From positions 1-64,000 of the forward strand of contig JACVGT010000010.1 in assembly GCA_018992685.1 (NCBI GenBank): a DNA stretch of 64,000 bases, in the 5' to 3' direction. How positions within the stretch are numbered: position 1 is the first letter of the stretch; the number at the start of each line of letters is the position of its first letter. This DNA comes from Theionarchaea archaeon. GTDB lineage: Archaea; Methanobacteriota_B; Thermococci; Methanofastidiosales; SZ-28-30. This document shows, one piece after another, positions 19,689 through 28,926 of the stretch. The position numbers were made by a program, and so were the translations under genes. The notes beneath the pieces are model-generated. The model did not search any database. It was not told the DNA's origin and saw only the letters and a list, made by a program, of their open reading frames with translations.

Positions 19689-20099
19689 CTAACCCTTCAC
19701 TTTGAACTTGATCTGGGTTCCTTGTTCGGTGACCAACATGCAGTCGTCTCCACCAGCATAGGTACCGGTTAACGTTACACAGGTTACACTGTCTGCTGTC
19801 AATTCTGTGCCAATGCTGGAGGCTATAAGTGATCCAGTATCGTCATACTCAGCGTCGAGTACAGCAGACGTGTTCAGGGCATTACGGATACACACTTCAA
19901 GAGCACCGCTGCTGAGCCTCTGATTTTCAAGCACGAGCTGCTCAGCTTCTCCACTCTCTGCACCGGTTTTTTCAGAAGTAAATCCGCTGGCCCATGCATA
20001 CACAATGACAGCAATGGCCACTGCAACTGCGATCATCAGAACGACTGCAATAACAGGGGATACACCCTTCTTTTTCATTAGTCTCTTGAGGAACTTCAT
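19689..20099 (-). CDS. Archaeal type IV pilin/archaellin-like protein with a class III signal peptide
   Basis: MKFLKRLMKKKG|VSPVIAVVLMIAVAVAIA processing motif; SD GGAGGT upstream. Confidence 0.88.
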   Translation of the reverse strand: MKFLKRLMKKKGVSPVIAVVLMIAVAVAIAVIVYAWASGFTSEKTGAESGEAEQLVLENQRLSSGALEVCIRNALNTSAVLDAEYDDTGSLIASSIGTELTADSVTCVTLTGTYAGGDDCMLVTEQGTQIKFKVKG

Positions 20100-20285
20100 A
20101 CGCTCATACCTCCTTTCCTTTTGTATAATATTTTCAGGCATCCTTATAAAGGTTTCGCTTTGACATTGCGAAATTTACACGAGTAATTGAAATTCTCGCA
20201 AAAACGGGATTGATAGTTGCGAGTTCACCAGAGAACCGCAGCTTTCTTGCGAAAACCTTAAATATAGGTGTTAGTAATTTCATTC

Positions 20286-20705
20286 ATGAAAGAGAAGGAC
20301 AAGCGTATCATTGAGATTCTCAAGAAAGATTCCCGTGTTCCTGTCATTGCCATTTCCAAGAAGACCGGTATACCAGATACCACAATTCACTTTCGCTTGA
20401 AGAAGATTCAGGAGTGTGTGGACCGCTTCACGCTGTGTATGGATCATGAAAAAATGGGATACACCCTTTATATGCTTGAAGTGGAACCTGAACGCTATGC
20501 TCTTGATTTTATTACCGAAAAGAATGTAGAATCTGTTATTAACAACCTGAAAAAGATTGAAGGGGTACTTTTTGTGGCCCAGAGTAATGGTTCTATGGTT
20601 GCATTCTGTCGCAGCAAAGAACGACCGAATATTGAGATTCCCGGGGCTTCCGTCAGAAGGATTCTTCCCATAAAGAGACGATGGGGTAACTTCGCTGAAT
20701 ACTGA
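20286..20705 (+). CDS. Lrp/AsnC-family transcriptional regulator
   Basis: DKRIIEILKKDSR...ISKKTGIPDTTIHFRLKK HTH; TATA (cttaaata) about 25 bp upstream. Confidence 0.85.
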   Translation: MKEKDKRIIEILKKDSRVPVIAISKKTGIPDTTIHFRLKKIQECVDRFTLCMDHEKMGYTLYMLEVEPERYALDFITEKNVESVINNLKKIEGVLFVAQSNGSMVAFCRSKERPNIEIPGASVRRILPIKRRWGNFAEY

Positions 20706-20878
20706 CTTTTTTCAGTACTAGAAATGCATGACAGAGTATGGCAAGGTTCCGTGCCTGTATTGTGCTACTGCTATGAAAACATCAATCCACGCGTACTTCC
20801 AATACACTGAATTGGTTCTTGATCTTCAACAATCCACAGGTTCTCCATCAGAAAGATGAAATCAAAAGTGAACGAGGT

Positions 20879-21337
20879 TCATGGAAGAGGAACCATGATG
20901 TCGCCCGCAAACAACAGCAACAGTACGAGAGCCAAGAGAAAGCACACAATTACCGCAATAAGATAGATCACCTGTATGATCCACAGTGAATACACCGATA
21001 ACAGCTTGATGTTCATTTCTTTGATTTTCTTTTCCCATGTCTCCCTGACTGTGAGACCCAATGCAAACAAGGCACAACTGGAGAAAAACAATCCCAAGGA
21101 AAGAAAGAATAATTCAAAACGTATGTCATACCAGATGAACGATCGGGCAACGTAGGATGCAGCGAAAAGTAGAAGACAAATGCAAAACAGGGATGCCAGA
21201 AACTCTGAGGACGGCTTGAGCTGTTCCTTGTAGAAAATTTTATAGAAAACGAATAAGATCTCTATGTACGCGAATGAATACAGAATAATCAGGCTGAACT
21301 CGATCACCAATGAAATGAATTCGACAATATCGATCAT
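20879..21337 (-). CDS. Hypothetical membrane protein
   Basis: Four TM segments; start refined to MIDIV at 21337 because the longer ORF runs through a tRNA. Confidence 0.6.
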   Translation of the reverse strand: MIDIVEFISLVIEFSLIILYSFAYIEILFVFYKIFYKEQLKPSSEFLASLFCICLLLFAASYVARSFIWYDIRFELFFLSLGLFFSSCALFALGLTVRETWEKKIKEMNIKLLSVYSLWIIQVIYLIAVIVCFLLALVLLLLFAGDIMVPLP

Positions 21338-21363
21338 AGCATCCTCTCCTTGATACAGGGTAG

Positions 21364-21438
21364 TGGGCCCGTCGAGATTTGAACTCGAGACCTCCCGGTT
21401 ATCAGCCGGACGCTCTAACCAACCTAAGCCACGGGCCC
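21364..21438 (-). tRNA. tRNA-Ile(GAT)
   Basis: GGGCCCG acceptor stem, CCGG-CT-GAT-AA-CCGG anticodon arm, GTTCAAAT T-loop; CCA not encoded; TATA near 21472-21478. Confidence 0.96.
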
Positions 21439-21803
21439 GTGAAGGCGTGTACACCCTCTTTCATCCACCCCTATTTAAGGTTTTTCCCTTGATTTGATCA
21501 GCTGCCAGAGAAAGAACTTCGTCAGATTGGCAGGCTTCAAGTGTCTACGTCGCTGGAAGTAAGGCAAGTGCAGGAATGGCAATCCTGTGACCGTTCGTGG
21601 ATTGCTAGGGAAATGGCATCAGGATGAAAAGATGAAAGAAAGAATTCCCAGCAAACTCTTGGTGATCGACGACAAGAGTCCCAGTCTTTTGTCAAAACTT
21701 CCGCTATTGTGGAATTACTCCTGGGAAGAAACCGTTCTTTGTAGGGATTCAGATGCTGAAGGTGCCAGGGTTCACGAGTTCAGCTATTGGAGTAGCAGGT
21801 ACA

Positions 21804-22661
21804 TCAGACAAGTGAGTAGCCATCATGTATCTCTTTTATAAGTCCTTCCTTCTCCAGTTGCTTGATGATTCTCATCACCCGTTGAGATGCACCGCATTCT
21901 CGAATTAGCACTCCTGTGGATCGAGGGCCATCCAGCAGGATGTGGAGAATCTTCCCTCTGATCTGCCTGTCACTTCCTTCAAAGGGCGACTGTTTCTGAT
22001 GGTGAGCGCTCCTTCTGCTCGGGTTCTTCTCTGATTTCTTGATCATGACCCCGTAGTCCATCAGGGCGTAATACCATTCTCGAGGATTCCTCCTGTCCAG
22101 TGTCACCTTCACAAGAGGCAGAATCTCTGTGTCTCTGACAATCTCCCGATCACTGAAAAAGAAATGTATGTATACAGTCCTGATGTTAGTCTCAATGAAG
22201 ACAGCAGGCTTCAAGAAAGCAAAGGCAGCAAGTGCCCCGGCTGTGGCCTTGCCAATCCCAGGAAGTGTTTCCAGGATGGCAACATCTGACGGCAAATCCC
22301 CGTGAAATCTTGTAACTACCAGTTCTGCAGTCTTTTTAAGGTTTAGAGCTCTGCGATTATATCCCAACCCCTGCCACACTTTCAAAACGTCCTTGAAAGG
22401 GGCGTCGGCCAACGCGTGGATATCAGGAAATGCATGGATGAACTGATTGTATTTTGCTTTCACCCTCTGAGTCTGTGTCTGCTGAAGCATGAATTCAGAT
22501 ACAAGAATTCGGTAGGGATTTGTGGTTTCTCTCCACGGAAATGACCTACCACAGACTGAATAGTAGTCGTAAATGAGGGTTCGGAAAGCTGCGATGGATT
22601 CAGGTGCCAGTGGGGACGCTTGGAATTTCCTGTCTCTACCATCGTGAGACACTTCCTTCAT
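21804..22661 (-). CDS. mutY: A/G-specific adenine glycosylase, short MutY-like (HhH-GPD)
   Basis: FPWR, SEFMLQQT, WQGLGYNRRA, LPGIG HhH and ALMDYG motifs; no Fe-S cysteine cluster. Confidence 0.8.
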   Translation of the reverse strand: MKEVSHDGRDRKFQASPLAPESIAAFRTLIYDYYSVCGRSFPWRETTNPYRILVSEFMLQQTQTQRVKAKYNQFIHAFPDIHALADAPFKDVLKVWQGLGYNRRALNLKKTAELVVTRFHGDLPSDVAILETLPGIGKATAGALAAFAFLKPAVFIETNIRTVYIHFFFSDREIVRDTEILPLVKVTLDRRNPREWYYALMDYGVMIKKSEKNPSRRSAHHQKQSPFEGSDRQIRGKILHILLDGPRSTGVLIRECGASQRVMRIIKQLEKEGLIKEIHDGYSLV

Positions 22662-23139
22662 GCTATTTAGACAGGTTCATACTTTAAAGACTTTCACAGA
22701 CTACCTAAAGAAAATACGTGAGCTTGTCAACGAATGACAGCACATTCTCTATGCTCTTTCACTGCTGCGCTGAGCCCGCAGTTCTAGGTTAATTGGCAAA
22801 GTGCAATCTTTGCTCCTGCCAATTCCTGGGATATTCTTATGATGAACGAGCATTGTTACCTCCTATTCATCGCATTTCCTAAATCTTTTTCTTGCTTTTC
22901 ATCTGCAACACCCCGGACTCACTAATACTACCGTACTGAAGAAGACCTCATAGCTTTTTGCGGTCAGTGCTGTTGCGATTGTAGTCATCGTAAGAAGATT
23001 CGGCTTCAGGGCAAAGGATCTCTTGAGAGAGATTAGAACCTAACACTGGATGTAAAGAATACATGAAGAACAAGAGAGGGGAATGACATAGATTCGGCGT
23101 TATTCCAAAGGCTTAAAAATCTCTACAAAAAAAAGAGGC

Positions 23140-24123
23140 ATGGTTACGATTGCCACCTTAGGCTCACATTCTGCATTGAATATCCTCGCAGGTGCCAAGG
23201 ATGAAGGGTTTAAAACACTCCTCCTGTGCGAGAGATCCCGCACTTTCTATGAACGGTTTAGTGTTGCTGATGAGATCATGTATTTGAACAGCTTGTCAGA
23301 AATCAAAGACCCGCAGCTGCAGGAGACTCTCATACAGAAAGAGGTCGTTCTCATTCCTCATGGTTCTTTCATTTCCTATCTTGATATAGACTCTTTGGAG
23401 ACTGAGTTCACTGTTCCCATTCTGGGAAATAAATACCTGTTCAGGCATGAATCTGACCGGAATTTAGAGAGAGAATGGTTCCTGAGAGCAAACGTACGGA
23501 TACCACGTACTTTTTCCCCTGACGAAATTGACACGAGAGTTATCGTGAAATACCATGGGGCCAAAGGAGGGAAAGGATACTTCACTGCAGATACTCCTCA
23601 GGAGTTTTACCACAAGCAGAAAGAGAATGAAGAAAAGGCAGAAATCCAGATTCAGGAATGGATTCACGGCGTAACAATGTACTTCCACTATTTCTACTCT
23701 CCTCTCAACAGGGAACTGGAACTGACAAGCATTGACCGCCGGTATGAAACTACTGCTGACGCCGTGGTCAGCCTGCCGAACAGAGAACCAACCTATGTGG
23801 TTGTAGGGAATTTTCCGCTGGCCATAAGAGAATCCTTGCTGGAACAGGTCTTTGATATTGGAGACAAGATGGTTGAAGCGTCTCAGACCCTTCATGAACG
23901 GGGATTGATTGGTCCTTTCTGTCTGGAGACTATTATCACAGACAAGCCAGAAATTGTAGTCTTTGAGATTTCGGCCCGAATTGTTGCGGGTACCAACATT
24001 TTTGTCCCATATTCTCCCTACTCCTATGCTAAGTATTTTGAACCCATGAGTGCAGGAAGACGCATCGCCCGGGAGATAAGAGAAGCAGTCGCCAGAGGAC
24101 GACTTAAAGACATTACCACCTAG
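23140..24123 (+). CDS. purP: Formate-dependent AICAR formyltransferase (PurP family)
   Basis: IATLGSHSAL, GAKGGKGYF, IGPFCLE, FEISARIVAGTN and GRRIAREI motifs. Confidence 0.9.
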   Translation: MVTIATLGSHSALNILAGAKDEGFKTLLLCERSRTFYERFSVADEIMYLNSLSEIKDPQLQETLIQKEVVLIPHGSFISYLDIDSLETEFTVPILGNKYLFRHESDRNLEREWFLRANVRIPRTFSPDEIDTRVIVKYHGAKGGKGYFTADTPQEFYHKQKENEEKAEIQIQEWIHGVTMYFHYFYSPLNRELELTSIDRRYETTADAVVSLPNREPTYVVVGNFPLAIRESLLEQVFDIGDKMVEASQTLHERGLIGPFCLETIITDKPEIVVFEISARIVAGTNIFVPYSPYSYAKYFEPMSAGRRIAREIREAVARGRLKDITT

Positions 24124-24282
24124 AGGGGATGGAACACACGGGACAACCGGTTCAGGAGAGGAAAGAATATTTAAACGTGGGAAAATTGATGGTGTCCATG
24201 AATAATCAGAGCGCCTCTCGGAATCCCGCTGGTCAGAAGCTGGGGATCGGAGGCATCTACCTCTGGTTCATGAGGTGATCAG

Positions 24283-25782
24283 ATGCTGGATACGTATATT
24301 CCGGATATCTATGCCTGCGCCCGTTGTGGTGATTGCAGAGAATCAGTGAAGCTTGAATCTGCTCACAAAGGTGTGTACCAGGTGTGTCCCATGAGAAACC
24401 AATTGGGATTCGACTCTTATACTGCTAGAGGAAAACTCACGGTGTTGCGCCACATACTTGAAGGCAAACCCATAGATGACGATGTGGCTGATCTGTTTTA
24501 CCACTGCCTGGAGTGTGGAAGCTGTGCAGAAGTGTGCATCTCTCAATTGGGTGAAGGAATCGACATCCCTTCCATTGTGGAGGATTTCAGGTCTGTGCTT
24601 GTGGACACGAACCTTATCAGGAAAGAACATAAACCCTTGATTGCGTCCATCAAGAACTATGATAATCCCTGGCAGATGCCCAGGTACCGGAAGGCTGAGT
24701 GGGCTGCTGCGTATGACCTGCCAGAGACAGGCGATATCCTCTTTTTTGCTGGGTGTTCAAGTTCTCTTTTGAATCCCCACCTGGCTGATTCAGTGATACG
24801 GATCTTCCACACTTTGGATATCCCTGTGGCATATCTGGGAAAGAAAGAAACCTGCTGCGGTTCTTTATTAAAGCGGGTGGGAGATCTTAGAGATTTTGAA
24901 CGTATCAAAGTAAAGAATGTGAAGTTATTTGAAGAATCGAAAGCTGAAACCATCGTTACCACATGTGCAGGGTGTTACCGCACGCTTTCCCGGGATTACA
25001 ATATCAGGGTTCAGCATATCTCGGAATTTCTGGATGAATACAGGAAAACACACGGATTGACCCTGACTCCTTTTGAGGAGAAGGTGACCTATCACGATCC
25101 CTGTCACCTGGGCAGGCACTGCAATATCTACATCCAGCCTCGAACCCTCATCAAGGCAATCCCCGGAATTGATTTCAAAGAGATGCCTCGAAACAGGGAA
25201 TTCTCCTGGTGTTGTGGTTCTGGGGCAGGAATAAAAACATATGATCCTCAGCTTGCCGTGGACATAGCCAAAGAAAGAGTAGAGGAGGCAGAGGGCCGAC
25301 TCATTATATCCACCTGTCCGTACTGTGAGGGCAACCTCAAAGACGGTGGAGCCCGGGTTCTGGATCTCGCTGAATTGTATGCTGACCTGCTGAAGCCTGG
25401 TGCTGCAGAAGAACAGGTGTCACATGCACTGGAAGCTTTCATGGCATATTTGCAGGACCATACAGAGATTTTTTCAGAAATCAAGAATGGCGGCATTCTA
25501 TTGTATCAGATCGAAGGTCAGTTCTTCACTGTTGAGCAAACCAAGAAGGGAACTGAAGTCAAGAAAGGAGAACACGATAAACCAGACCTTCTCATAACGA
25601 TTTCCCCTGAAGGGTGTAGTCAACTCATGTCCTGCAGGACCAAGGAAGAATACCTGGCTATGTACAAATATTTGTACAAGGAGACAGACCACCTGGATTT
25701 TGAAGTGAAGACTAACATGTTTAACATGGCAAGAAGGGGCTATGTCTTCTGGGCGAAAAAAGCAGGACTTCTTTCAATCTAG
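24283..25782 (+). CDS. Fe-S oxidoreductase (HdrD/GlpC-like, two CCG domains) with a C-terminal extension
   Basis: CARCGDC...CP, CLECGSCAEVC, FFAGC, TCCG, YHDPCHLGR and WCCG motifs. Confidence 0.85.
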   Translation: MLDTYIPDIYACARCGDCRESVKLESAHKGVYQVCPMRNQLGFDSYTARGKLTVLRHILEGKPIDDDVADLFYHCLECGSCAEVCISQLGEGIDIPSIVEDFRSVLVDTNLIRKEHKPLIASIKNYDNPWQMPRYRKAEWAAAYDLPETGDILFFAGCSSSLLNPHLADSVIRIFHTLDIPVAYLGKKETCCGSLLKRVGDLRDFERIKVKNVKLFEESKAETIVTTCAGCYRTLSRDYNIRVQHISEFLDEYRKTHGLTLTPFEEKVTYHDPCHLGRHCNIYIQPRTLIKAIPGIDFKEMPRNREFSWCCGSGAGIKTYDPQLAVDIAKERVEEAEGRLIISTCPYCEGNLKDGGARVLDLAELYADLLKPGAAEEQVSHALEAFMAYLQDHTEIFSEIKNGGILLYQIEGQFFTVEQTKKGTEVKKGEHDKPDLLITISPEGCSQLMSCRTKEEYLAMYKYLYKETDHLDFEVKTNMFNMARRGYVFWAKKAGLLSI

Positions 25783-25926
25783 AAAGGTGAAATATGGTAG
25801 TAGAAATCGTTCGGAAGCGTCCTAGATGCGAAAACCTCTCAAATGATGATGGTCTCACACAGTTTGGTGGGTGAGAAAACCATTTGTTAGAAAGACTTAA
25901 ATTCGTGAGATTCACCAACATTATCA

Positions 25927-26949
25927 ATGAAGGTATGGATTGACATATCGAATGCCCCCCATGCACACTTCTTTAAGCACGTAATACGTGAGCTGAAGGC
26001 AGAAGTCATTGTTACGACGAGGGCCTTTGACTCTGTGCCCAAGATCTTGGATTTGAATAACATAAAATATACTATTATTGGTAATCACGGGGGATCTGAT
26101 GTCAAGGAAAAGCTTGTGGCCTCTTCAAAACGAGTTTTAGAGCTCACTGAATTCATCGCTGCAGAAGACGTGGATTTAGCAGTATTCAAGCACTCAGTGG
26201 AAGCTCCCCGGGTGGCCTACGGGTTACAGATACCTTCTCTGTGTATTTTAGACAATGAAAATGCCGTGGCCCAGAACAAGTTGATGCTCCCCTTATCCAC
26301 CAGAGTTGTGGCTCCAAAGTGCATTTCTCCTGAAGAGATCACTCAATTTGGAGTCAGAAAAGAAGATCTAATCCAGTTCAATGGTATCTGCGAGCTGGCC
26401 CACGTGCGGAACTTTACTCCAAACCCAGAAGTACTCTCGTACCTGGGGTTAGACCCTGATGAGTCCATTGTGGTCATGCGCCCTGAGCCTGCCAAGGCCA
26501 ATTACTTCAACGGGGACCGGAAGAAGACTATCATCAAGACAATCCTGCAGAATAATTCGTTCAACCAAGTGGTGGTTTTCCCTCGATTTGATGAACAGAA
26601 ACATGTGCTCCAATTCCCGCATACCATCATACCGGATGAACCGGTGGATTCTCTCAGTCTGATGTACTATTCTGACCTGGTGATCAGTGCGGGAGGCTCC
26701 ATGAACAGGGAGGCTGTTTGCGTGGGGACCCCTGCTCTCTCCACCTATCCCGAGAAACTGCTGTCAGTGACGAGGTACTTGATGGACCTGGGATTGAAGA
26801 AGCACTCAATTGCCATCCCGGAGATTCTCACATACGCACATCAGCTCATAAAAGATAAGGGATACAGAGAGCGGGCCAACCGGATACTGTCCACCATGGA
26901 AGACCCTGTCGATGTTGTTCTGAGAGAGATCAGAGCCCTCGCAGGGTAA
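25927..26949 (+). CDS. DUF354-family GT-B-fold protein
   Basis: WIDISNAPHAHFF, DNE and SAGGSMNREA motifs. Confidence 0.8.
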   Translation: MKVWIDISNAPHAHFFKHVIRELKAEVIVTTRAFDSVPKILDLNNIKYTIIGNHGGSDVKEKLVASSKRVLELTEFIAAEDVDLAVFKHSVEAPRVAYGLQIPSLCILDNENAVAQNKLMLPLSTRVVAPKCISPEEITQFGVRKEDLIQFNGICELAHVRNFTPNPEVLSYLGLDPDESIVVMRPEPAKANYFNGDRKKTIIKTILQNNSFNQVVVFPRFDEQKHVLQFPHTIIPDEPVDSLSLMYYSDLVISAGGSMNREAVCVGTPALSTYPEKLLSVTRYLMDLGLKKHSIAIPEILTYAHQLIKDKGYRERANRILSTMEDPVDVVLREIRALAG

Positions 26950-27009
26950 CCTTCAATTCTTGCTGAAGTGAAGTGCAACCTTTATATTCTTCTCAAAAGA
27001 GATACTCCC

Positions 27010-27627
27010 ATGAATCTGGATGAAATGGTTCATGTCTTCCGGACAGATGAGGAAAAGGCAAAACTCCTGGCCATGCAGATTGCCAATGATCGAGGACGGG
27101 AAGTCCTGGAGTGTCTTTTCAGGGGGAGACCGAAGTCAGCATCTGAAATCGCCCGGGAGCTCAACGTTCCCCTCCCCACTGTCATGTTTCATATAGAACG
27201 ATTCTTGGAGATTGGCATCATAAAAATCGCCAAGACCCGCATGTCCAAGAAACTGCGGGAAATAAAGTACTACGGCCCTTCTAAGAGAGCAATTCTCATT
27301 ATCCCCTACCAGAAGGAAGAGACAATATCTTACATTAAAGATGCCATAAGGACTTCCGTTATTACACCCATATCACTGGGATTGGCCGTGGTGATCTCAG
27401 CAATTGCAGGATATGTACTCTATCAGATCACCCAGACAGTACCACAGTCCCTTCTTGCTGCGCGAGAGGAAGCTCCTGCACTGCCTCTTGAGAAGGCGGC
27501 GGAGGGAGCAGGGCCGCAACTGAGTGAATTTCTCTCTTTGTCCAGCCCGCTGGTCCTTGTGCTCGTGGGGTGTCTCATCACCATGGGTGTTCTGGCTGGT
27601 TATTCGTTCATAAAGAACAGAAGATAA
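27010..27627 (+). CDS. ArsR-like wHTH regulator with C-terminal TM helices
   Basis: SASEIARELNVPLPTVMFHIERF HTH followed by two hydrophobic segments. Confidence 0.75.
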   Translation: MNLDEMVHVFRTDEEKAKLLAMQIANDRGREVLECLFRGRPKSASEIARELNVPLPTVMFHIERFLEIGIIKIAKTRMSKKLREIKYYGPSKRAILIIPYQKEETISYIKDAIRTSVITPISLGLAVVISAIAGYVLYQITQTVPQSLLAAREEAPALPLEKAAEGAGPQLSEFLSLSSPLVLVLVGCLITMGVLAGYSFIKNRR

Positions 27628-27631
27628 GTGA

Positions 27632-28855
27632 TTATGGATTGTTCTTATTCCTAAAGAAGAAGTAGAACAGTGCCGTGCCCACCACATAGATGAACCCTGT
27701 GATCTGGAATGCCTGGGTAAAGCCCCCTGCAGACAGTAGATACCCTCCAATGTCTGACCCAAATGCTCTGGAAAAGGTGGATCCAAATTGGGACAGACTA
27801 TTTGCCTTTCCACGTTCGTGCTCTGAGATTTCATCCATGAAAAAGTTCTGCTGGGCAGGGCTGGCCGTGTTCATCAAGGTGGTTCTGAAAAAGTATCCAA
27901 TGAATGATGGAAACAGTGTATCAGACACGGTGATCAGTAGCAGGAAGGGAATGGACAAGATCTGCGTCAACACAATGGAACCCACTTTCCCGTATCTTCT
28001 CACAACAAAAGGAAGCACCAGAGAGGCAATCCCCATGGACAATTCTCCCAGTGAAAACATGAATCCAATCTGAGCAGGTGTTGCCTGGAGTACCTCAGAG
28101 AAGTAAACATTGAAGAAGGGGACAATGACTCCTGCGCCAAACCCAATCAATGATGAGCAGAACACGAACTGACCCACAAACCTCTTCTTGTCCCCGAACA
28201 GATGAAGGCTGGAGGAGGAAGGGGTGGCAACTCTCTTCTTTTCTGTGATGAAAAACAGAGGGAAAAAGGCCAGCAACGTGAAAACGCCTGCAGTTAACAA
28301 CGTATACTGATACTGCACAGTCACTGTTACTCTTGCCACAGAAAACGCAGCAGGCAACAATCCGCCTATGAGACTTCCTATCATCCGGGAGAAACTCCTG
28401 AGAGCAGCATCCACACTGAAGAGGTGCATTCTCTCATATGGGTTGCTCTGCTCCATCATGAAGGGTGCAATAACCACCATGATCAAGGAATTCGACAAGC
28501 CACGGACACTGTTCCCTACGAGAAGCAGGAGTTTGTCTTGGGCAACACTTACTGCAAGAGTAGATCCAATCATCAACCCCGTAGAGAGGAGGAGCGTGTT
28601 CTTCCTGCCAATCTTATCTGAGATGGCTCCTCCAGGGAACAGGAACACGGCTGAAAAGATGAGGTTGGAGGAAATCACAATCCCCAGAAATGCGGCAGAA
28701 TAACCCAGCTCCAGGATATACAGGTTGAAAATCACATTGAAAATGCCCAACCCAACAGTCACCAGGCAGTGACTGAGTAGGAATATTTTGCTGTTTCTGG
28801 AGATGGACCTGATTCTGTCCAAGTAGTCAGTGATTTCATCCTTGATGGCGGCCAT
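27632..28855 (-). CDS. MFS transporter
   Basis: About 12 TM segments; GAISDKIGRK motif A. Confidence 0.88.
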   Translation of the reverse strand: MAAIKDEITDYLDRIRSISRNSKIFLLSHCLVTVGLGIFNVIFNLYILELGYSAAFLGIVISSNLIFSAVFLFPGGAISDKIGRKNTLLLSTGLMIGSTLAVSVAQDKLLLLVGNSVRGLSNSLIMVVIAPFMMEQSNPYERMHLFSVDAALRSFSRMIGSLIGGLLPAAFSVARVTVTVQYQYTLLTAGVFTLLAFFPLFFITEKKRVATPSSSSLHLFGDKKRFVGQFVFCSSLIGFGAGVIVPFFNVYFSEVLQATPAQIGFMFSLGELSMGIASLVLPFVVRRYGKVGSIVLTQILSIPFLLLITVSDTLFPSFIGYFFRTTLMNTASPAQQNFFMDEISEHERGKANSLSQFGSTFSRAFGSDIGGYLLSAGGFTQAFQITGFIYVVGTALFYFFFRNKNNP

Positions 28856-28926
28856 TGGGTGGTAGAATTTGGGCCACTATAAAAAGATATGGGTTGAAAG
28901 GCTCTGGCACTGTCTGCCAACAGCAT

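Noticed and set aside
21338-21454. N-terminal extension of ORF 20879-21454, and ORF 43995-44186
   Set aside because: Both run through tRNA genes and are translation artefacts.
21587-21841. 84-aa ORF near tRNA-Ile as part of an integrated element
   Set aside because: No integrase, no duplicated tRNA end seen and no recognisable motif.
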